DNA of 64,000 nt from IMG/VR virus record IMGVR_UViG_3300032322_002004; one strand, 5' to 3'. Below the pieces are notes generated by a model. It worked only from the letters and a program-made list of their open reading frames with translations. It ran no database searches and had not been told where the DNA came from. The translations under genes and the position numbers were made by a program. The stretch is from an uncultured virus (IMG/VR IMGVR_UViG_3300032322_002004) (taxonomy: Duplodnaviria > Heunggongvirae > Uroviricota > Caudoviricetes). Shown piece after piece: positions 40,401-49,337 of the stretch. Each line of letters begins with the position of its first letter. The stretch's first letter is position 1.

Positions 40401-41030
40401 ATGACAAGCAGTATTATTAATCGCTTCTCAACATTAGCGACTGATCCATTACGTAGCTTTCGGTTTTATGCTGAATTCAACAAAGTGGGTACAGAAGATA
40501 CATTTACAAATAAAATCCAAACAAGCGCAAGCGCTACTACAGCATCCGGTCAATCAACCGGTTGGGTAGGTGGATTTAGCTCAATTAGTGGTTTAAATAT
40601 CACTACACAGTCAATCCAATACCGTGAGGGTGGCTACAACACCACTGTTCACCAGGTACCTGGTATGACCACATTTAGCCCAATTACATTCCAACGCGGA
40701 GTGCTATACGGCAATGACCAAGCTCAAGCTTGGATGCGTGGATTGTTTGCTTCTGTTGCTGGAGATGGACTTTCAGTAGCAGGAAAGAGCTTCCGCGTTA
40801 ACATTAAGATCTATGTAATGGATCATCCAAATGCAGGTGCTACAAATGAAAATACCCCAAAAATGGGATTTGACATTCGCAACGCTTGGATTACCCAGCT
40901 TAACTACACAGATCTAAACGCAAATGACGGAGCAATTCTTTACGAATCAATGGCTCTTGTTCACGAAGGTCTATCAGTGTTCTTTACTGACAGTAACTTC
41001 AACCCAGTAGCTCGTAATACACTAGCGTAA
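40401..41030 (+). CDS. Tail tube protein (gp19-like)
   Basis: DPLRSFRF, GFSSISGL, YREGG and PITFQRG motifs. Confidence 0.92.
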   Translation: MTSSIINRFSTLATDPLRSFRFYAEFNKVGTEDTFTNKIQTSASATTASGQSTGWVGGFSSISGLNITTQSIQYREGGYNTTVHQVPGMTTFSPITFQRGVLYGNDQAQAWMRGLFASVAGDGLSVAGKSFRVNIKIYVMDHPNAGATNENTPKMGFDIRNAWITQLNYTDLNANDGAILYESMALVHEGLSVFFTDSNFNPVARNTLA

Positions 41031-41053
41031 CCCCAAACAAAGGACTATAAAAA

Positions 41054-41848
41054 GTGGCTGAAATCATTACCGATGCAGAACTCGTATCACAGTACGCTAA
41101 ACAGGCCATGGAGGAGCCCGAGAAGATTGTTGAAACTCGGGCCCCTTCTGCCTCAGAAGTAGATTTGCCTGGCGGGTATTTAACCTTTGACGGCAAGTTA
41201 ATTACAAAAGCTGAAGTTAGGGAACTAACTGGAGCTGACGAAGAAGCTATTGCAAAAGCCGGATCTACAGCTAAATCACTTCACGTTCTTTTAGAGCGTG
41301 GTTTGGTAAAGCTAGGAGACAAAGAGGCTACCAGAGACGACATTGACTTGCTTCTATCAGGTGACAGAGATGCCATCCTTTTAGGAATTCGTCGAGTTAC
41401 TTTTGGTGAGGCTTTAGACCTCAAGCTTCGTTGCCCAAGCTGTAACGTTGAACAGCAATCAGATGTGCATCTTTTACACGATGTTCCTTTTATTAAACTA
41501 AAGGACAAAGTTAATGATCGTAACTGGGTTGTAAAGACAAAGCTTGGACCTGTTGAAGTAAGCCTTCCAACAGGACTTGTTCAAAAGAAACTTATGGAAA
41601 ACACTCAAATGAGCGTTCCAGAAGTAAACACAATTTTATTAGCTGGCTGCATAACCTCTATTAACGGTGAAATGTCAATAGGAAACGCTGGGCCTCTAGC
41701 CCTCGGTATGGCAGACAGAGCAAAGATTATTGATTCAATCCTTGAGCGCAACCCAGGCCCACGCCTTGGGGAGGTGAGCAAGGTCTGCAAGGCATGTGAG
41801 GAACCTATTGATATCCCACTTAGCCTTGTAGATTTGTTTCGTCTATAG
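41054..41848 (+). CDS. Tail assembly chaperone / baseplate hub assembly protein
   Basis: VRELTGADEE, two CxxC pairs, position between tube and tape measure. Confidence 0.75.
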   Translation: MAEIITDAELVSQYAKQAMEEPEKIVETRAPSASEVDLPGGYLTFDGKLITKAEVRELTGADEEAIAKAGSTAKSLHVLLERGLVKLGDKEATRDDIDLLLSGDRDAILLGIRRVTFGEALDLKLRCPSCNVEQQSDVHLLHDVPFIKLKDKVNDRNWVVKTKLGPVEVSLPTGLVQKKLMENTQMSVPEVNTILLAGCITSINGEMSIGNAGPLALGMADRAKIIDSILERNPGPRLGEVSKVCKACEEPIDIPLSLVDLFRL

Positions 41849-41996
41849 CCAAGTTACGTACGATCTACTTTTAGATCACTACGAGATTTTGACTAGAACG
41901 TTTACAGGTTGGACTTTGACAGAGATTAAAAACCTCTCAGTCAGAGAAAGACAAAACTGGTTAGAAAGAGCACAACGGTTTAACGGAAGGAAGTAG
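41838..41996 (+). CDS. C-terminal extension of the chaperone reached by probable +1 frameshift
   Basis: The +1 frame FVYSQ...GWTLTEIKNLSVRERQNWLE fills the gap to the tape measure and has no ATG; TTT CGT lies in the overlap. Confidence 0.65.
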   Translation, partial: FVYSQVTYDLLLDHYEILTRTFTGWTLTEIKNLSVRERQNWLERAQRFNGRK

Positions 41997-41998
41997 CT

Positions 41999-44212
41999 GT
42001 GGCAGACCCAAGAAGCGGTATGAACTTACCGGCACCACGAGCTTTGCAAAGCCTTGCAAGTATCAAGAATGCTGCGCTCGATGCTGGTTCAGCCGTTGGC
42101 GGAGTCCTGCAAAAAGTAAATACTACTGAAAACCGCGCTGTTGCAGTCTATCAAGGCGGCGATGGCGTTAGCTCTAACCAGATAGCCCCTTCACCTCGTT
42201 TTACCCCTCCAGCGACTTCTATCGTACCTACAGGTGGCGGTGGAGGTCGCGGTGGCGGTCCTCGAAACCCGGTAACGCCTTTTGGTGACGATAGCAATGA
42301 GCTATTTCCACAACCACAAAGCTACGTTCGTAATTTAACTAACTATGTAAAACAAAATCCAGCCGCTGCCATGCTTTACGCAGGAGCTGTAGGCGCTGGT
42401 GCCCTTTCTTCTACAGAAGAAATTACCCAAGCAGAATTAATGATGCAAGGTGCTGCTTTCTTTTCTTCCCCTTCAGGTGGAAAATACGATCCAAAAATGG
42501 AAATGGGTTATCCATTTAATACTAATTTTAGAACTGGTGGTAGTAAAGACTACGAAAAAATTGGTAGATTCCAAAGTGATATATCAAAACAAGGCACTGT
42601 AAACAATAAAATGGACGCTATGACCGCTTTAGTTGCGGCTCAAAGCTATGGAATTACCGGCGGTAACTTTTTAGAAGGTGCTGGTGGCGGTTTACAAGGC
42701 AGCATCATGGGCGGTATTGCAAACATATCTAATTTGCTACCTGGAGCTGGTATTGAGGGGACCACCCGTGCATATGGAGCTATGCAACAAGCTAAAAATG
42801 TAAATATGCTTCGCGGTATTGGTATTCGTATCCGTGATGAAGACGGAAATATGAAACCGCCAGACCAGATTATTGATGATATTTGGAAAAAGATTTGTAA
42901 AGACTACGCCCAAGCGTATGGCTCAAACAAAACACCTACCCAACGCGAAGTCATGATTGGTTTACAGCCTGGAAACTCATTGTACTCAATGCTTGACATG
43001 TATTTTGGCAATGACCCAATTCTGCGCCAAATGATGATTAACGGTTTGATCTTCAAAGCCCGTACCGGTGGCGGAGATATCAGCAAGCAATCTGTACTTG
43101 ACGCTGGCGGAACTACTGAGTCTGTTGTGGCTAAAAGCCAGCAAAATGCAGTTGCTGCACAAGGTCTTTTCCAAGTAGCAAAAGCTGGATCTTCTGGATT
43201 TAAACTAGCTTCGCAAACCTTAACCGGGTTAGGCGCTGGAATGAACATGCTTGACCAACTTACTGGTGTGCTTAAGGGCGCAACAAATCTAAAAGCATTT
43301 ACAGAAACAATGCTTAATGGCGGTAACGGTTTAGGTCAGGACATGGCTAAGGGAATTTTATCTATGCTTGGCTTTAGAGCCAAAGGCGGAAAAGTTGGAG
43401 ACGAACAACCTTACATTGTTGGTGAATTAGGTCCCGAGCTCTTTATTCCAAAAACTGATGGCGTTATTATTCCTAATCACCTTACTGGACGACGAAATCG
43501 CCATGAGGGCGGAGGCGTACATGCCCCACATCAAGGTCAAAAACTTGAAGAAGCAGAAGTTAGAAGTATTTTGGAACAAGCTGGCTTTGAAGGACAAGAT
43601 TTAGAAAACGCGCTTGATGTTTCACGTCTTGAGTCAGGCTGGAGAACAAATGCTGAGGGTGACAAAGGGCTAACAGATAGCACTTGGGATTACAGTATTG
43701 GTTTATTCCAGATCCGATCTCTTAAAGATTGGAAAAAATATAATGACCCAAAGCGCGAGCCTCTAGGTTTATATGATCCGCTAACAAACGCTAAAGCTGC
43801 AAAAAAGATATTTGACGCTAGCGGGCGTTGGTCAGATGCTTGGTTTAACACTTCTAAGAAACTTGGACTTGTCGGAACACAAAGCGGCCAGCCAAGCACA
43901 GGTGGAGCAGAGCAAGATCCAGTTCAAGAAAATGGTGAAACTGATTACGTTGCTCGTTTAACTCGTCTTGCTGAGTCAGGAGAGCTTCAAAAACGTCTTG
44001 CAACATTTGACCCAAAAAGCGTCACTAGCGCACAACTTAGTGAATACTTTGGATCTTCTGGTTTTTCTTCTGATAAAAAGGGTTACGTTCACAATTACGG
44101 TGGCGTAACAATTAACATTAACGTTCCAAATGGCGATGCGGGAGAAATTGCGGAAGCAATCAAGCGCGTTCTTCAAGACACAAATATGATAGAACAGGCG
44201 GCAAGTAAATAA
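41999..44212 (+). CDS. Tape measure protein with C-terminal SLT/lysozyme-like domain
   Basis: Position; Ala/Gly-rich; RAKGG..PYIVGELGPELFIP..G motif; RLESG...SIGLFQI...DPLTNA. Confidence 0.85.
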   Translation: MADPRSGMNLPAPRALQSLASIKNAALDAGSAVGGVLQKVNTTENRAVAVYQGGDGVSSNQIAPSPRFTPPATSIVPTGGGGGRGGGPRNPVTPFGDDSNELFPQPQSYVRNLTNYVKQNPAAAMLYAGAVGAGALSSTEEITQAELMMQGAAFFSSPSGGKYDPKMEMGYPFNTNFRTGGSKDYEKIGRFQSDISKQGTVNNKMDAMTALVAAQSYGITGGNFLEGAGGGLQGSIMGGIANISNLLPGAGIEGTTRAYGAMQQAKNVNMLRGIGIRIRDEDGNMKPPDQIIDDIWKKICKDYAQAYGSNKTPTQREVMIGLQPGNSLYSMLDMYFGNDPILRQMMINGLIFKARTGGGDISKQSVLDAGGTTESVVAKSQQNAVAAQGLFQVAKAGSSGFKLASQTLTGLGAGMNMLDQLTGVLKGATNLKAFTETMLNGGNGLGQDMAKGILSMLGFRAKGGKVGDEQPYIVGELGPELFIPKTDGVIIPNHLTGRRNRHEGGGVHAPHQGQKLEEAEVRSILEQAGFEGQDLENALDVSRLESGWRTNAEGDKGLTDSTWDYSIGLFQIRSLKDWKKYNDPKREPLGLYDPLTNAKAAKKIFDASGRWSDAWFNTSKKLGLVGTQSGQPSTGGAEQDPVQENGETDYVARLTRLAESGELQKRLATFDPKSVTSAQLSEYFGSSGFSSDKKGYVHNYGGVTININVPNGDAGEIAEAIKRVLQDTNMIEQAASK

Positions 44213-45366
44213 TGACTTTTGCAAACTTATCTGGTGGTGGCGGGTTTGCCACAGCAGTTTCTGCTAGTTCTACCCCTACTGATGAAGAGGCAATTGCCCG
44301 TCAACAGAAGCAGTTAGCTCTTACTACTGCTCAATTACAAAACGAGACAGTAAGTAAAGAAGAGGCTCAACGACGTGCTCTGCAAAACAACAAGGTAGAA
44401 ACTGACAAAACAGCTCAAGCTGCTGCTAAAACTAGCACTGGCGGAAGCTCTGGCGATGATATTGAGGTAGGTGTACCAGATCCAATTGGGTACAAGTTTA
44501 ACTTGCCTCCGCATGACTGGAGCTTGCCTGTTCGCCCTATTGAGCAAGAGCCAAAGGATGTTGGATTTTTAAACAACAAAACTGGTTACTTTGCTGCTGA
44601 CATATTTAACTCAACTAGCACCCCCGAGTCTTTTCATGGCACCCGCCGTGGGCGTATTTGGTACTGGCACTCAGCTTCAGCTTTGCAAAAGTTCAATACA
44701 GACTCTGGAAAAGTAGAAAGCTTAGCTGAATCTGTTACTAAATTAACTAAGAGCACAGAAGGCGTAGAGCTTAAAAACGATGATCGTAAATGGGGTTTCC
44801 AATTCCTTTGGAACCCATCAGAAATTTCTACTAACGTATCTAGAAACATGGATATTACTCCGTCAGCAGCTGACACACTACGCGTTGTTTCTGGTGTTTT
44901 CCCTGGGCAAGAAACAGTTAACTTTAATATCTTGTTGGATAGAGTTAATGACTTTGCTTGTATTAGATCATCAAAAGTTAAAGATTTTAATGACTTTTCA
45001 AAGTTTTATAGTGCATATTACCCAGGTCAAGGAAAGCAACCTTTTGGTGAGCAGCTAGAGGCACTTATGCGTCAGGGCACTATGGCCGATCTTGAGTACT
45101 TGTTTAAAGCAATTAACGGTTCAGGTATGGGAGTTGAAAAGTGGGGAACGCTAATGGGTAAGCGAACAGCTAACCTTGGTTACCTACAACCAACCCTTCT
45201 TGGAATATCTCTTGGCCCGGACCGCCTTAATAACCTGTCCTATGTTGGTTGGTTGTCTAATATTGCAATTAATCACAATATGTTTACTCAAGATATGATT
45301 CCTATGAGAACTACAGTTACTCTTTCAATTGAATGCTTCGCTGGTACAGGAATTGGAGCCGGATAA
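44212..45366 (+). CDS. Baseplate / tube-initiator-like protein
   Basis: FQFLWNPSEI and FTQDMIPMRTTV motifs; follows the tape measure. Confidence 0.65.
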   Translation: MTFANLSGGGGFATAVSASSTPTDEEAIARQQKQLALTTAQLQNETVSKEEAQRRALQNNKVETDKTAQAAAKTSTGGSSGDDIEVGVPDPIGYKFNLPPHDWSLPVRPIEQEPKDVGFLNNKTGYFAADIFNSTSTPESFHGTRRGRIWYWHSASALQKFNTDSGKVESLAESVTKLTKSTEGVELKNDDRKWGFQFLWNPSEISTNVSRNMDITPSAADTLRVVSGVFPGQETVNFNILLDRVNDFACIRSSKVKDFNDFSKFYSAYYPGQGKQPFGEQLEALMRQGTMADLEYLFKAINGSGMGVEKWGTLMGKRTANLGYLQPTLLGISLGPDRLNNLSYVGWLSNIAINHNMFTQDMIPMRTTVTLSIECFAGTGIGAG

Positions 45367-45644
45367 TGATTTTTAAAGGATCTCGTTACGAGTACTCAAC
45401 TGTTGACTTTTTTAGTCCAAAAACAACTAAGTCAGAACAGCCTGTTATTTTTTACACCTTCTCAACTCTTGGGCGTTTGAGCTATTGGGAGCACCAATAC
45501 GTACAAGGCGAGCGCCTTGACCAGATTGCTTCTAAGTATTACCAAAACCCAAAGTCTTGGTGGCTTATCCCTGAGTACAATCCTGAAATTGTAGACTTTA
45601 CAGCTATTACCCCAGGAACAATCTTGAGGATCCCTAATGTTTAA
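45366..45644 (+). CDS. LysM / tail-X-like baseplate protein
   Basis: VQGERLDQIASKYY..WWLI..NP..GTILRIP. Confidence 0.85.
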   Translation: MIFKGSRYEYSTVDFFSPKTTKSEQPVIFYTFSTLGRLSYWEHQYVQGERLDQIASKYYQNPKSWWLIPEYNPEIVDFTAITPGTILRIPNV

Positions 45645-46977
45645 TTTTATACGTGTGTCTTTTCCTGAAACTGATTTTGGCCCTACCGCCGTGTACTCTG
45701 CTGAAATCATTCAAGAAAGATACAAGCACGATATTATTAAAATTACATTTAGAGACTGGGATGTGTCTTACGACATCCTTAACCCAGGATCTCCGGTACA
45801 AATAAGAATTGCCGGTGTTACTGAAGGCAAAGATGTGTATGGCTATATTCACCACATTAGGCCAGAAAGAACTCCAGGTAAGAACTTTACTGAAATGGTT
45901 GTTATTGGGGCGTCATACCCGTTTCGCCAACCAAGTCAAAAAATTTATAAAGATATTACGGCTGACCAGGTAGCTGTACAGATTGCAGAAAAGTATAATT
46001 TTGCATGCTACGCGGTACCTCACCCACGCGTATATCCACAGATTGCTCAATCTGGACATACAGATTGGGAGCTTTTGGTTAGGTTAGCAAAGCAGTCTGG
46101 TTACACGCTTAGAGCTACAAATACAGAACTGTATTTTCAACCAATGCACGAAGATTTTCATCGCTATAAAGAAGAAGCTAAAACCTTTACAATGAGGCAA
46201 GCAAACGACTCTGCTGGATCTACTTTATACTCATTTAGACCAATTATTGGTGAAGATATTGATTACGACGGGAACATTAAATCGGCTCCAGCAGCTACAG
46301 GTGTTGATACTTTTACAAATACCCCTATGTCGTTTACTCAACAAAAGAGAGAAGCAGCTACAAGAACAAAAGAACAATCTGAATTTTTTGACTCTTTCTT
46401 AACCGACACAGTAGCTAACACTCCAGAAATAGCTAAGTATGAGTCAGAGGCTGCCGACAGTCGAGGATCTTTTCCATATAGAGCTGTTGCTGAGGTACTG
46501 GGTTCGGCTTCTTTGCGGCCAGATATGCCTGTTTACTTAAACGGTATTGGCTCAAACTACTCTGGCTTTTGGACTATCTTAAGAGTAGAGCACAAGATTA
46601 TTGAAGAAGAGCGTAACCGTCACCGCTATACAACTATCTTGCATGTAGGCACCGATTCACTTGGCGAAGCTTCTATTGGACCTGACAGCAGAGAGATCAC
46701 GCAACCTCCAGCTCTTCCAATAAGAAAATTACTATACGGTGTGCGCCAAACTAAAATCCGCCCTGTAACCTATTTAAACCGGATTACAGTGCCAGTAAAT
46801 GCAACAGAACGCGGAAGCTTTGGATCTATTGAAAACCGAGCTAAGTTGAATATCAATAACAGAGACACCTCTCCAGCTCGTTGGGTTACCGGTATTAGGT
46901 CTTTAGACCCAATTGTTGATGAACCTGTTACAGAACAATTTGTTGTAGAACGTTTAGAGAGAATGAGGGCGCGATGA
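45637..46977 (+). CDS. Baseplate hub (gpD / gp27-like)
   Basis: QSGHTDWELLVRLAKQSGY, LRPDMPV and SGFWTI..VEH motifs. Confidence 0.85.
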   Translation: MFNFIRVSFPETDFGPTAVYSAEIIQERYKHDIIKITFRDWDVSYDILNPGSPVQIRIAGVTEGKDVYGYIHHIRPERTPGKNFTEMVVIGASYPFRQPSQKIYKDITADQVAVQIAEKYNFACYAVPHPRVYPQIAQSGHTDWELLVRLAKQSGYTLRATNTELYFQPMHEDFHRYKEEAKTFTMRQANDSAGSTLYSFRPIIGEDIDYDGNIKSAPAATGVDTFTNTPMSFTQQKREAATRTKEQSEFFDSFLTDTVANTPEIAKYESEAADSRGSFPYRAVAEVLGSASLRPDMPVYLNGIGSNYSGFWTILRVEHKIIEEERNRHRYTTILHVGTDSLGEASIGPDSREITQPPALPIRKLLYGVRQTKIRPVTYLNRITVPVNATERGSFGSIENRAKLNINNRDTSPARWVTGIRSLDPIVDEPVTEQFVVERLERMRAR

Positions 46978-47204
46978 GCTTTGACAAGCGTTTTTATGGT
47001 GTGTACGAAGGTATTGTTGTAGATAATGCCGACCCAGAAAGTAGATACCGGGCAAAACTTAGAGTTCCTCAAGTAACTGGGTTTGAAGAAACTAATTGGG
47101 CTCTTACAACAACGGCTTCTGTAATAACGGTTGGTAAAAAAGTTGCAGTTATGTACTTAGCGGGAGATCCTAATTTTCCAATATGGATAGGAGAGATTAA
47201 ATAA
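46974..47204 (+). CDS. Baseplate spike, gp5/gpV OB-fold only
   Basis: FYGVYEGIVVDNADPE..R.KLRVP...GDPNFPIWIG. Confidence 0.8.
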   Translation: MSFDKRFYGVYEGIVVDNADPESRYRAKLRVPQVTGFEETNWALTTTASVITVGKKVAVMYLAGDPNFPIWIGEIK

Positions 47205-47635
47205 TGTCATACAGGTCATACCAAACAGCAATCACTCTACCTTTTGCTTTTGATAGCTACGGGTCAGTGGCTCATACATCTGACGAAAAGAAAATCTGGC
47301 AAGACAGGGTAGTCCTTGTCTGTATGACTAGCCTCAATGAGCGCATCATGCGGCCTACATTTGGCACTAGCGTTGCCGCTACAGTCTTTGAAAATATTAA
47401 TGACTCTGTAAGCCTTATCCAACAGACTATCGGTGGAGCTTTCTCTAAGTTTTTACCTAGCCTATCTCTTCAAAACGTTAGAGGGTCGGTGGATCCAGCT
47501 GATGGAAACGTAGTTATTGAGGTCTTTTACCGTTATAATGATAAAGACACCCAACAAAGCGTAAAGATTAAGACCGGATTGTTCTCCAGAAGCGGGGAGC
47601 TAATAGTGGAAGGAACTGGACGAAGTGGCCGTTAA
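47204..47635 (+). CDS. Baseplate wedge gp25/gpW-like
   Basis: T..NERIMRPTFG motif. Confidence 0.88.
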   Translation: MSYRSYQTAITLPFAFDSYGSVAHTSDEKKIWQDRVVLVCMTSLNERIMRPTFGTSVAATVFENINDSVSLIQQTIGGAFSKFLPSLSLQNVRGSVDPADGNVVIEVFYRYNDKDTQQSVKIKTGLFSRSGELIVEGTGRSGR

Positions 47636-49337
47636 AAAGTATGTCCCACAGATTGACTACACCTCTAGGGACTACACATCCATCCGGGAAGATCTAGTCT
47701 CTCTTATCCCTAACTTTGCCCCTAACTGGACCAACCGCGACCCGGCTGACTTCGGTATGACCATTCTTGAAGCTTTTGCTTACATGGGTGACCAGCTGCA
47801 CTATTACATTGACCGTGCTGCTAATGAGTCGTTTATTAGCACCGCTAGCCAACGCGATAGCGTACTTCAGCTAGCCCGTCTTCTTGGATACCAAGCTACT
47901 AATAACACAGCCTCAAGAGTGACGGTAACCTTTCAAAACTCAACAGCTAACCCAATTACAGTTCCAGCTTTAACACAGGTTGCTACAACAAACGTAACAA
48001 GCAGCACTTCACAGCAAATTATTTTTGAAACAGCAACATCTGTAGTGGTACCAGCTACAGGGTCTATTACTGTAACCGCAAACCAAGGTGTAACTATTCC
48101 AAACGAAGTAATTGGAACATCTAACGGTGAGTCTAGTCAAGTCTTTAAGCTTTCTAAAACTCCTGTAATTGAAAATAGCGTTAGACTAACAGTTAACGGA
48201 ATTAGCTACACACAAGTGCCTTATTTAATTGATTACCAGAACTATGATCCTGTATTTAGCACATACACAAACGCTCAAGGCGTTACTTATGTTGTCTTTG
48301 GAGATAACGTCAGCGGACGTATTCCACCGGTAAACGCTCAAATTACAGCAACCTACCGTATTGGTGGAGGAACTTCTGGAAACGTTGGCGTCAACACTAT
48401 TAAGTTTATTCTTACTAATGGTGTGTCTGGGCTCAGCGTACTTAACCAGTTCATCAGCGCTTCAGATTCTGGTGCGGCTTCTGGTGGTGGAGATTTTGAA
48501 TCTACCGACGCAATCCGTGTAAACGCTCCTTTGAGCTTACGTACATTAGAAAGAGCAGTGTCCCTTTCTGATTACGCTAACCTTTGTATTAAAGGTGGAG
48601 CAGCTAAAGCTGTAGCTATTGCAGACGTATACACAAGCGTGACTGTTTACTTTGCTCCATTTGGAGATAAGGGTGTAACTGGAGATGGGGTTACTCCATC
48701 AACTGTATTTAACAATACAGTAACAAGCTTGAGAGCTTATCTAAATAACAAGATCCCAGCTAACACAACAATTACGTTCCAGCCACCTTCATACGTAAAT
48801 GCGTTTATTGATGCTGATATCACTGTCTTGCCTCAATACAAGCAGAGCCTTGTCCTATCTGAGGTTACAGCTAAACTAGATACGTTATTTCAATTTGATA
48901 ACGTAATCTTTGCTGATCGCGTAACAGTTAACGATATTACATCTGCTATTAACTCTGTACCTGGAGTTGCATTTGTAGAGCCTACAAAGATTGTCCGATC
49001 AGATGCTGATATCACTCGTGTAGTAGACCAAAAGACATTAAATGCTGGGGTTGCTACACTTCGTACAACAGTCGCTCATGGACTTAAAACTGGAGATACT
49101 GTAAAAGTTACAGGAGTTGACAACGACTTTAATGGTGTATTTGTTGTTACATTAGCCCCAACAACAACAACATTCCAATACGCTTGTGCTGGAACAACTA
49201 TTACAGCTACTCCTGTAGTAGGCGGGGCGGCTACAAAGCTGGCTGTCACTGACATTATCTGTGCTCTTAACGAGATACCACAAAAGCCAACCTCTTACAC
49301 ATGGGGTCTTACTGTAACTGGAGGCATTACAGTCTAA
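47625..49337 (+). CDS. Baseplate wedge gp6 / J-like
   Basis: IDYTSRDY, DFGMTILE, LARLLGY and RAVSLSDY motifs. Confidence 0.9.
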   Translation: MAVKKYVPQIDYTSRDYTSIREDLVSLIPNFAPNWTNRDPADFGMTILEAFAYMGDQLHYYIDRAANESFISTASQRDSVLQLARLLGYQATNNTASRVTVTFQNSTANPITVPALTQVATTNVTSSTSQQIIFETATSVVVPATGSITVTANQGVTIPNEVIGTSNGESSQVFKLSKTPVIENSVRLTVNGISYTQVPYLIDYQNYDPVFSTYTNAQGVTYVVFGDNVSGRIPPVNAQITATYRIGGGTSGNVGVNTIKFILTNGVSGLSVLNQFISASDSGAASGGGDFESTDAIRVNAPLSLRTLERAVSLSDYANLCIKGGAAKAVAIADVYTSVTVYFAPFGDKGVTGDGVTPSTVFNNTVTSLRAYLNNKIPANTTITFQPPSYVNAFIDADITVLPQYKQSLVLSEVTAKLDTLFQFDNVIFADRVTVNDITSAINSVPGVAFVEPTKIVRSDADITRVVDQKTLNAGVATLRTTVAHGLKTGDTVKVTGVDNDFNGVFVVTLAPTTTTFQYACAGTTITATPVVGGAATKLAVTDIICALNEIPQKPTSYTWGLTVTGGITV

